A stretch of 64,000 nucleotides of DNA from Nitrosopumilus sp. (GTDB lineage Archaea > Thermoproteota > Nitrososphaeria > Nitrososphaerales > Nitrosopumilaceae). Shown here piece by piece: positions 40,340 to 48,857 of this stretch. Positions within the stretch are counted from its first letter, which is position 1, and every line of letters starts with the position of its first letter. Both the position numbers and the translations under genes were made by a program. Below the pieces are notes generated by a model that made no database searches, was not told where the DNA came from, and saw only the letters and a program-made list of their open reading frames with translations. Where the stretch lies: positions 1,216,001-1,280,000 of the forward strand of contig OZ240211.1 in the NCBI GenBank assembly GCA_965197525.1, read 5' to 3'.

Positions 40340-41470
40340 ATGAGTCAGATATCATATGTTGTGGTGTTTCCAACCATCTTTGCAAAGAACAAGATACCGC
40401 AGCTAGTCACAAATATTAAAAAAATTCTCAAAGCAAGAGATCAACGCTTCAGGTCAGTCAAACGAGATGGTGATATTATACTAGTCGATGCAAACGATCC
40501 TGTATTTGCATCATCTGCAATAAATTTGATCTTTGGAGTTGAAAAAATTGCAATTGCCAAACAAGTAAAAAATAACTTTTCAGATATCGTATCAGAGATA
40601 ACATCTGTTGGGGGCAACTTGCTCTTAAAGGGAGAGAAATTCATAGTCAAAGTCGAGGGAGTGTCAAAAGGATTTATAACAAAGGATGTAGAGATTGCTG
40701 CAACCTCAAAGATAATAGATGAAAAGGCAAAGTTGGGGGCACAACCCGGAACTGATGAGCGTTTTGACAAGTTATTATACACATATCTTACAAAAAATAA
40801 TGCATACATCTGTATCTTTATTGATAAAGGAATAGGAGGCATACCATACCAAGCACAACAAAGCCAAAAGACAATATGCGCAGTGTATGATGAGACATCT
40901 GCAGTGTGCTGTTATGAGACAATCAAGCAAGGATATGATGTAGACATTATAGTATGTTACAGACAACAATCAGAGTTGATGAATCTTGCAAAGATAATCA
41001 ATAAGATTATCCCTAGATTGCTGCAAGACAATATCACAATCAAGTTCTTTCATCTTGGTATTAACCCAAAGGGCGTAAAGAATTATTTTGTGTTTGTAGA
41101 ATCAGTGCTAGAGATAATGTTAAGGCACACGCAGCAATACGTCTCACTGGCGTTATCGCCGCTGGTATTTCCAATAGAGTATATCAAAAAGGTATCAAAC
41201 AGAGTATTTCAAGCACAAAAGACTCCCGTACTTGCACTTGCAGGCGTAGATAGTGGCCTCTTTGAGAGTGCAAGAGAGATAGGATTAGAAAAAAGTATAA
41301 AAAAATTAGAAAAGCAAGTCACAATGACTGTGCGTGAGATGCCTGCTACTCCTGCCGGCGCAGCACAAGACGTAGAGAGTGTGATAAAAACAACAAAAGA
41401 GATAACAGTAAAGATAGGGCCTAACAATGTTCATGATATTTTAGATTCGTTGGAGAATTACAAAATTTAA
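40340..41470 (+). CDS. ThiI-like THUMP domain protein (PP-loop degenerate)
   Basis: N-terminal ferredoxin-like/THUMP fold (FIVKVEG...DVEIAAT); no SGGxDS; start placed at ATG 40340. Confidence 0.65.
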   Translation: MSQISYVVVFPTIFAKNKIPQLVTNIKKILKARDQRFRSVKRDGDIILVDANDPVFASSAINLIFGVEKIAIAKQVKNNFSDIVSEITSVGGNLLLKGEKFIVKVEGVSKGFITKDVEIAATSKIIDEKAKLGAQPGTDERFDKLLYTYLTKNNAYICIFIDKGIGGIPYQAQQSQKTICAVYDETSAVCCYETIKQGYDVDIIVCYRQQSELMNLAKIINKIIPRLLQDNITIKFFHLGINPKGVKNYFVFVESVLEIMLRHTQQYVSLALSPLVFPIEYIKKVSNRVFQAQKTPVLALAGVDSGLFESAREIGLEKSIKKLEKQVTMTVREMPATPAGAAQDVESVIKTTKEITVKIGPNNVHDILDSLENYKI

Positions 41471-41493
41471 ACGGGCATGTCAGGTTTTACATA

Positions 41494-42744
41494 GTGTTGA
41501 AGATAGGCGAATTTATCTATCCATGGGGCGGCGGTCATTATTCACGGATGATGAGATTAGATGAGATGTTAAGAAAACATCTAAAAGAAGAGGTGGAGAT
41601 TCATTACTCTAGCAAAGATCATGTGTATGAGAAACTCTTGAAAAGATTTCCCGATAAAAAGGATAGGATACACGAGATCTTGATGCCGACACCAATTGAT
41701 GGCAAACTAGGACCGAGTGTGTCAATGTCGCTTTTAAATGTATTATTACCAGTATCAGATAACCGACCACTTGTTAAACAGATTGCAAGTTATTTAAAAG
41801 AAGAGAGGCGATTGTACAATAAAGAAAAATTTGATCTTGTTATCAATGACGGAGACATGGGATCAAATATTCTAGCGAAGAATCGGGATATTCCAAGCTT
41901 GTTTGTGACAAACCAGTTTAAACCAAGATTGTACAGTTCAAGAGCATATCTCTATCCATCATTGATTTTTATTGCAAAACAGATTGCAAAAGCATCAAAA
42001 ATTCTTGTTGCTGATTCTCCGCCGCCATATACAATGTGCGAGTATAATCTTAATTTTACAAAAGAGGTACAAGAGAAGATAACGTATGTTGGACACTTTA
42101 CAAGTAATGGTAAAAAAAACAAAAATAAGAAACAGGCAGAAACCGAGACGGATCTTCAGAGATTGGTAAGAGACAAAGAGTTTGGATATTGGATGAGAAC
42201 AGGCAACAAATCAACTAATGATGGAACAGGCAAGAGATACGAGGAAGCGTTTCATACAGACGAGATGGCACATGAGAGGAGAATAGTATCGCACGCAAGA
42301 GACGATCCAAGTATTGATTCGGTACTAGGAATGGACAAAAAGAGATATTCAATAGCAGACGCATATGATAAAAAAATTGACTGGCTGCAGATTGATGTTG
42401 GATTTTTGTCAGAGGAAGAAAAAGACACTGTTCTAACATTGTGCCAATATGCAGTTGTAAACGGGTCGCATACGGTGATGGGTGAGATTATGGGCGGAAA
42501 ATCTAAACCAATAATTGGAATTCCGATATATGATGAGCATACAAACAATATCAGATGGGCGCAAGACAAGAATTTAGGAATACTGGCAGTAAATATAGAC
42601 AGAGTAGTCTCAGGAATTGCAACAATTAAGAAAAACTATGAAACATTTGAAGAAAGTTTGAGTAAATTCTCAAAGAATTTTATTCCGGATGGGGCAGAAA
42701 ACGCCGCAAGAATTGCAATAGCAACCATACAAGAAAAGAGATAA
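41494..42744 (+). CDS. GT-B glycosyltransferase (GT28/MurG-like)
   Basis: GGGHYSR, DLVINDGD, GSHTVMGE, PIIGIP..DEH. Confidence 0.8.
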   Translation: MLKIGEFIYPWGGGHYSRMMRLDEMLRKHLKEEVEIHYSSKDHVYEKLLKRFPDKKDRIHEILMPTPIDGKLGPSVSMSLLNVLLPVSDNRPLVKQIASYLKEERRLYNKEKFDLVINDGDMGSNILAKNRDIPSLFVTNQFKPRLYSSRAYLYPSLIFIAKQIAKASKILVADSPPPYTMCEYNLNFTKEVQEKITYVGHFTSNGKKNKNKKQAETETDLQRLVRDKEFGYWMRTGNKSTNDGTGKRYEEAFHTDEMAHERRIVSHARDDPSIDSVLGMDKKRYSIADAYDKKIDWLQIDVGFLSEEEKDTVLTLCQYAVVNGSHTVMGEIMGGKSKPIIGIPIYDEHTNNIRWAQDKNLGILAVNIDRVVSGIATIKKNYETFEESLSKFSKNFIPDGAENAARIAIATIQEKR

Positions 42745-42765
42745 TAGATTATTTTGGTGATCGTC

Positions 42766-42839
42766 TTTGTCTGGCACGCAGGATATCGATGGGCGAACTG
42801 ACTGCAAAGAATGATGAAAAAATCTGCGTGCCGGATAAA
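42766..42839 (+). ncRNA. Candidate structured sRNA (16-bp stem enclosing CUGA and AUGAUGA boxes)
   Basis: TTTGTCTGGCACGCAG pairs with CTGCGTGCCGGATAAA (two G-U pairs); CTGA at 42798, ATGATGA at 42811. Confidence 0.4.
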
Positions 42840-42898
42840 TATAGACAAGGTTTTAGGCGTGCGAACGCTTTTAAAGAAAAAATTAAGTCAGATAATTA

Positions 42899-43207
42899 GT
42901 GCCTAACTGTCCAGAATGTACATCACGAGAAAAGAAGAAGATTCAAGCAAAATACGAAACAGAGACCTTGGAAGAAGATAGGGGTCGGGAAAATCTGTTC
43001 AAGTTGTTTGATGAGATTGATATTCCAATGAAGATGGATTCAGCTACTAAACATTTTATCTGTAAGAGATGCGGACTGTATGCAACAAGAGAGCAGGTAT
43101 CAGATATCAGATACAAGTTAAATCAAAAAGAGAAGACGCGTGATGACAAACATGATGACTATCTGAACTGGTGGCAGAAAAGCAAGAAAGAGAAGTCAGA
43201 AGAGTAG
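42899..43207 (+). CDS. Conserved zinc-ribbon-like hypothetical protein
   Basis: CPEC ... CKRCG motif pair. Confidence 0.75.
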   Translation: MPNCPECTSREKKKIQAKYETETLEEDRGRENLFKLFDEIDIPMKMDSATKHFICKRCGLYATREQVSDIRYKLNQKEKTRDDKHDDYLNWWQKSKKEKSEE

Positions 43208-43220
43208 GAAGAGATTAGAC

Positions 43221-43625
43221 ATGGTGAAGAAGAAGAGCGATATTCCTGATTGGGTTTCTGATGAGATTCAAAATGCAAAATTTCAAAAACCAAAGGAGAT
43301 GAAAAAGTCGGGATATATTTTAGAGCTGTATAATGATGATAACAAAATTGATGTCCAGCTGTATGACGGTGTCGAAGACGGACGGCATATAGTTACAATG
43401 GATTTGACAGAATCAATAAAGATCGACGAGTTGGAGAGGGGAGTAGTCTATGAATTTACATTTGATCAGCACAAGGCCCCGCTAAGTAAAAAAGTATCAG
43501 AGTTCTTGGCAAAAGAAAAAGAGATAGAGATGGACGCGATTTATCAGTTTGAATTAAAATCACTTGAATTGTTGGATGTAGAAGCTGATGGCGATAATGC
43601 ATCTGACGGTAATGATGACGAGTAA
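43221..43625 (+). CDS. Hypothetical acidic protein
   Basis: Clean 134-aa ORF co-oriented with neighbours. Confidence 0.7.
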   Translation: MVKKKSDIPDWVSDEIQNAKFQKPKEMKKSGYILELYNDDNKIDVQLYDGVEDGRHIVTMDLTESIKIDELERGVVYEFTFDQHKAPLSKKVSEFLAKEKEIEMDAIYQFELKSLELLDVEADGDNASDGNDDE

Positions 43626-43627
43626 GA

Positions 43628-44431
43628 CTAGTCTTCTTTGTTAGAGTTTTTCAATTGCTTGCCAAAAGATGCACCCAAGATGGGATTAATGAGATACGGA
43701 AATGTGTGTTTTAACCATACAGCGGCCCTGACAACGGATGGGACTATGATCTCAAGTCTTGGTGAACCAGCGGCCCGGATGATTGCTTTGGCTACAGTTC
43801 TAGAACTAAGAGATGTAGGAGAATATTTTGGCATCTTTGCAAACGAGGGATGTTCAAAAAAATTTGTTCGAACCATTATTGGGCTAACGACTGTAATCCC
43901 AACTTTAGTTCCCTTTAATTCGTGTTTGAGGCCTTCTGAGAACCCCAGCATTGCAAACTTTGATGCACAATAAGAAGCAATACCAGGTAATCCAAAGCTT
44001 GCTGCAACTGACGCAACGTTAACTATGTGACCTGAATCTCTTTTGAGCATGAATGGAAGAATATTCTTGGTACAGTATACCATTCCAAAATAATTCGTAT
44101 CCATCTGTGATTCTATCTCATCAATGGTAAGATCAGATATAGAACCGTATATTGCAAAACCTGCATTATTTACCAAAACATCAACAGAGTCAAATTTCTC
44201 AAATACTGTATCTGTCATTGCTTTTACTTGATCACGTTTCGAGACATCACACGGACATGCCAGCACAGTTACACCAAATTTTGATAGTTCTTTTGCAAGT
44301 AGATTTAGTTTATCCTCTCCCCGCGCCACAAGAACAAGATTACTTCCTTGCTTTGCGAATTCGACTGCGGTCTCTTTGCCGATTCCAGAGGATGCACCAG
44401 TAATCAGGACTAGCTTGTCTTTAAAATCCAT
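43628..44431 (-). CDS. SDR family oxidoreductase
   Basis: ITGASSGIG, NNAG, YCASK catalytic YxxxK; start placed at ATG 44431. Confidence 0.95.
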   Translation of the reverse strand: MDFKDKLVLITGASSGIGKETAVEFAKQGSNLVLVARGEDKLNLLAKELSKFGVTVLACPCDVSKRDQVKAMTDTVFEKFDSVDVLVNNAGFAIYGSISDLTIDEIESQMDTNYFGMVYCTKNILPFMLKRDSGHIVNVASVAASFGLPGIASYCASKFAMLGFSEGLKHELKGTKVGITVVSPIMVRTNFFEHPSFAKMPKYSPTSLSSRTVAKAIIRAAGSPRLEIIVPSVVRAAVWLKHTFPYLINPILGASFGKQLKNSNKED

Positions 44432-44500
44432 ACAACTGAGGAATAGTTTTTGTGATAAAGCAGTTTCGCTAGATAGATGCTTGTTTTTGTATAAAATAAC

Positions 44501-44615
44501 TATGCTGTTCAATATTTGGGACTTTTCAACTGCCTGTTAAGTTAGGGTTTTTTTATCAAGTTAGGGATTTTTATGCTGTTCAATCTCAGGCGTTTTTCAA
44601 TTACCTGTTAAGTTA
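44501..44615. repeat. Two 44-bp degenerate direct repeats at the IS110 distal end
   Basis: TATGCTGTTCAAT-N9-TTTTCAA-N3-CCTGTTAAGTTA at 44501 and 44572 (36/44 identical). Confidence 0.85.
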
Positions 44616-44619
44616 TCTA

Positions 44620-44850
44620 TGTGCGCTCTTTTTAAAGGTTTTCTGAGTTTGTACGTGTTTGAGTACAGCATCAGCTAGGAACAAGGTTTCACTTAGAAGA
44701 TGGTCGGATACATATCTATACGAGCTCTGTCACTCAGCACCATTCTTCATCCATTCATTAGGGTTAATCGCAGTTAGAATCCGAGCATGAAAACTCACAC
44801 TTAACATCGCGCAAATCCCTAACCATAATCTCCTGACATTCAGTCATATG
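44620..44850 (-). ncRNA. Candidate IS110 bridge/seek RNA
   Basis: Non-coding region downstream of the transposase with two large stem-loops (44757-44824, 44696-44748) and segments matching the element end. Confidence 0.5.
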
Positions 44851-44854
44851 CAAT

Positions 44855-46177
44855 TCATTTTTTTGCAAGTTGTTTCACACTCTTTACACTTTTCTTACTC
44901 TTTACACTTTTCTTATCCTTTATATTCTTCAAATGCTTTGCTCTTGCATTTCTACATGATTCTGTACGTTGTCTTTGGCATTCTGCAAAGGTAATTCGTT
45001 TTTTTAGCATCCAAAATATAATACGCAACATCTTAGCCGCCGTTGCAACGATGGCCTTGGCTGTTCCTCGCTTTCTTGCAACACGTTTGTAAAACTCTGT
45101 CAAGACAGTCGTCTCTTTTGCATGTATCCTGTGTGCAAGTGCAGCCTCTGTGAGAACCCATCGCACAGTAGCGTTACCGGCATGTGTTATCCTTCCATGA
45201 TGTGTTATTCCTGCAGAGTTTCTCACTGATGGAGCCAATCCAATGTATGATACTAGCTTGTCAGGATCCTCGAATCTGCTGATATCATCTATCTCTGATG
45301 CGATGGCAAGTGCTGTAAACTTGCCTACTCCGGGTATTGACATGAGAATTTGTACATATTCGTTGTTTCGTACCATGTCATGTATCTTAAGATTGGCTCT
45401 GCCTATGCGCTCATCAAAGGATTTTATGCATTCCAAATACTCTTCTATCCTCCAATCCTTCAGTCTGCGCAACTCTCTGTTAAATGCAGGTGTAAATGTG
45501 GGTCCTGGAATCTTGATTGACTCTTGGAGCAGTATGCCATGGATCATGTTCTTTATCTGAGTTCTGTTCTGCACCATTCTTGTGCGAAAGCGCACCACCC
45601 GTTTCTCCTCGACGGTTTTTGGAGGCGAGACATATGATGCATGGATGTAACCTCCTCTGAGCAGGTCTGCTAGTGCATGCGCATCAAACCTGTCAGTCTT
45701 CTTTTTGGATTTTGCTATGAGGCGTGTACGATAGGGATTTGACAGGGTCACATCCAGTCCCAGATCCACTGCAAGTTTTTTGTATATACCATACCACACA
45801 GATGACGATTCCAATACATATTTGGCATTTTTTGGAAATGCTGAAAACTCGTACTCAATTATCTTAAAGTCATTTTCAATCCTCTCGTTCATCAAAAGAT
45901 TTCCATTCTGATCTACTGCCGCAACCTGAAGAAATTTTTTGTGCAGATCCAACCCAAAGAACACTTTTTGTTCTTCTTTTGTTTTTTTGATTCTTGTAGT
46001 GGAAGATCTTGTTGCAGCCATCACCTGCACGCCCGATCTCTGTTTCATAACAGTATTATTTTTGAGGGTAATCTGTTTCTTGGCATTTCCTGCCTTTTTT
46101 ACCTTCTTTGCACTAAGTATCTTGGAATCTGCGGGTTTATGCTTTGTACCATCTAAATTTCTTTGTCTGTTTCGCAC
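44855..46177 (-). CDS. IS110 family transposase/recombinase
   Basis: DEDD RuvC domain (GLDLHK, VLESS, KTDRFDA), LMSIPGVG, YIGLAPSVRNSAG with catalytic Ser; start uncertain. Confidence 0.95.
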   Translation of the reverse strand: MRNRQRNLDGTKHKPADSKILSAKKVKKAGNAKKQITLKNNTVMKQRSGVQVMAATRSSTTRIKKTKEEQKVFFGLDLHKKFLQVAAVDQNGNLLMNERIENDFKIIEYEFSAFPKNAKYVLESSSVWYGIYKKLAVDLGLDVTLSNPYRTRLIAKSKKKTDRFDAHALADLLRGGYIHASYVSPPKTVEEKRVVRFRTRMVQNRTQIKNMIHGILLQESIKIPGPTFTPAFNRELRRLKDWRIEEYLECIKSFDERIGRANLKIHDMVRNNEYVQILMSIPGVGKFTALAIASEIDDISRFEDPDKLVSYIGLAPSVRNSAGITHHGRITHAGNATVRWVLTEAALAHRIHAKETTVLTEFYKRVARKRGTAKAIVATAAKMLRIIFWMLKKRITFAECQRQRTESCRNARAKHLKNIKDKKSVKSKKSVKSVKQLAKK

Positions 46178-46676
46178 ATATGGTTAGGTATTTTTCAATG
46201 AATATTAATTTTAGTGGTTACAGTCTTGTAAACTTGAACATTCTTGAATGTTTGCAAATCTGTAACAACTTAAACACAAAACCAACCTAATTTAACAGCT
46301 AGTTGAAAACAACTAAAGATTTAACAGTGTAGAAAATCATACTACTGTGGTGATATCTACCACACATATCCAACTCAATAACAAGTACATATACATACGT
46401 TCTTTTTAATATTGGGCGAAGATGTCGAAAACAAAAGATCTAAGATTTGCTCAAAATGAAATCTTGTTTGGAATTCGCATGTGAACGTATATTGAATTTA
46501 ATAGATTGTTACAGGATTTGAACGAAAGAATGTTTGATTAAAAAATTGAAAGTGGGTTAATACTCAACTATGCATGTTTATAATGAATTGTTCAATCTGC
46601 ATTGACTGTCAAACTGGATTGAGCATCAATTTGGATTGACTGTTTGTTTAACTACATAACTCTGAACAGAATAGTA

Positions 46677-47814
46677 ATGACGAGCAAATACATTATTTCT
46701 GGAGCTGCATTGCTTGCAGTAGTCGTACCGGCTTCTGCCATCAACACTGCGTTTGCAACATCAGAACTAACTGACGCCGAACTACAAGACATGCTGGGAA
46801 ATGAAATACATGAGCTTGAGTGGATCAACGAAAACCTGTCCAAACTAGATCCCAATGACGAGGTAACTGCGCTGATCGAAGCCAACAACAACAGGATTGA
46901 GGATCTCTGAAAAATACTATGCACTTGCACCAAAGAAAGAGCTTGCAGATATTAGTGACGAGAAAAAAATTGAGATTGAGATACTGATGTGGAAGATGGC
47001 AGCAACAAACCATCTGTTCCTATCTATGGGACTCGATCCATACACGGGGGAGCTGGATATACTTCTGGATGTTTTAAAGGCACCCAATATAGATGAAATA
47101 AATGAGGAACTTCGGATTATCGCTGGTGATACAGTCCAGATTAACGTTGTTTATGGACAGAACAATGCCAGATTCCAAGGTTCCTGCAACAGCCAGACCG
47201 GATACTGTCCCACGATAATCGGGGCTTCCAAGGGTGAACCTGACAACGTAGACGATATTGACTGTACAATCAATATCGTAGCCACAAAAGGATCCGGGTC
47301 TTCTCAAGTGAATGGTGTTGTGATTCCACACCACTGCAATATCAATCACGACGACTATTACCAGTACAGCAAGGGATCCTCCTCACATCTTGTGGGATCA
47401 CACAACACGGACGGTGGGTGGTGGTGCGACTGTGACTTTGTCGAGATCGACACAAGATCGTCAAGCACCGGTAAAGTCAATGACGCTGGAAGCGACATAT
47501 CAGTAAGTTATGGAGATCTGTCAGTGGATGACTCTGTGTACATGATTGGACAGCATTCAGGCAAAGATTATGGGATAATTGCAAAGACGAACCAATGGGT
47601 ATGGATCAATGGCAACGGGTATACAGATGTATACTTTGTTAAAAATATTGATTTCTCCACTGGAGACAGCGGTGCACCCATCATCAGGGATTCGGATGAA
47701 ATGTACGGCGGAATGAACATAGGAGTCGGAACAGAACACATTGACGGTCAGTCTATCACTGTCAACTATGTGCACGACTGGACGTTCCTCAAGCACAAAT
47801 TGGGTCTTAACTAA
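46677..47814 (+). pseudogene. Frameshifted secreted trypsin-like (S1) serine protease
   Basis: Signal peptide ORF stops at 46910; overlapping frame continues with PHHC, DFVEID and GDSGAP triad motifs. Confidence 0.75.
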
Positions 47815-48354
47815 CCCTTTTTTTCTTTTTTTCCAGTAACAATATGGCCAAGCCAATTATTACTACAATATACGGAATAGATGATATTGGAATGATCGCC
47901 TCAGTTGCATTCCCGCCTCCCTGAAACTGTCTAGGGGAGAATACCCAATGTGCAGTAATGGCCCCAACCCCGATGGCGACGAATTTTACGGTGCTTTTTA
48001 AAACTCTTGCAGTCATCCCAGTCCTGACAGTTTGGTGTGACTTGCTGGGAAATACTACCATACCAGGTACAACTCTGAAAAAACGATGCTCATTTCCATT
48101 CCGCATGATTTTTTTTTTTGCGTAATCTCAAGCATATCTATTGATTCCATCTTGTTTATGTGATGGATTACCAAGCTTACCCTGAGACCCAGTGTATTTG
48201 ATATCTCGTTTATGTAGCTCTCCCTCTCGATCAGCATCCTTATGATGTCTCTGCTTGACTTATTGCTCAGTAACTCTCCAAGTATTTTCAGTTTGTCATC
48301 GTCAGACGAAAAGACCTTGATTTTTTCACTTTCGATTTTTTCATCTTCTCCCAT
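47807..48354 (-). pseudogene. Winged-helix (ArsR-like) regulator with C-terminal TM region, split at an A11 run
   Basis: HTH (LGELLSN..SRDII..L...YINEIS..L....SLV.HH...M); T11 at 48109-48119 shifts frame away from MRNGNEHRFFRV... and two TM segments. Confidence 0.75.
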
Positions 48355-48779
48355 TTGATTAGGAGTGTAGCGTGGCAATATAATAATTCAAGCATTAGGT
48401 TTGTTCTAGTATGAGCTTTTGCATTTGTCAAGTTGTCTAGAATAATCAATTTATCAACTCCTGAGTCAATCCATCATCTATTTTCTGATCGGCCTTGAGT
48501 TGATTACCAACCTGTTCTTCGCAACCCTGATCTATCAGTCAAGCTGATCTCCTACTTTCAGGTCATAGTCACTATGCTCTGCAGGCTACTGTATCACTAC
48601 AAATTGCCAATATTGTGAATTAAACAGATGATAGAACTTTTTTGTATAAATTATGTCAAATTGATAGTTTTTTTTTTTGTTACATCAGTATGACAAAGAC
48701 AAGCAGTCATTCAGGCATGTAAAATCACAGCAAAAATTTTAGAATAATTTAACTACAGATTTGTATTTGATTCGAACCT

Positions 48780-48796
48780 ATGGATCTATATAGTAC
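48780..48796. promoter_or_regulatory. Candidate phosphate-regulon operator upstream of pstS
   Basis: ATGGATCTATATAGTAC; near-identical copy at 50503; palindromic CTATATAG core. Confidence 0.5.
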
Positions 48797-48857
48797 AAAT
48801 GATTGACTATGTTATACCGTTATTATAGGCATATAATTCTAAAATAATGACAGAATA

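Larger units (their letters stand above)
44523..46309 (-). mobile_element. IS110/IS1111-family insertion sequence (approximate limits)
   Basis: Transposase plus 24-bp imperfect inverted repeats at 44523-44546 and 46286-46309 (21/24); true ends uncertain. Confidence 0.7.

Noticed and set aside
48410-48620. AbrB-like remnant (EHSDYDLKVGDQLD*)
   Set aside because: Too short and interrupted to support
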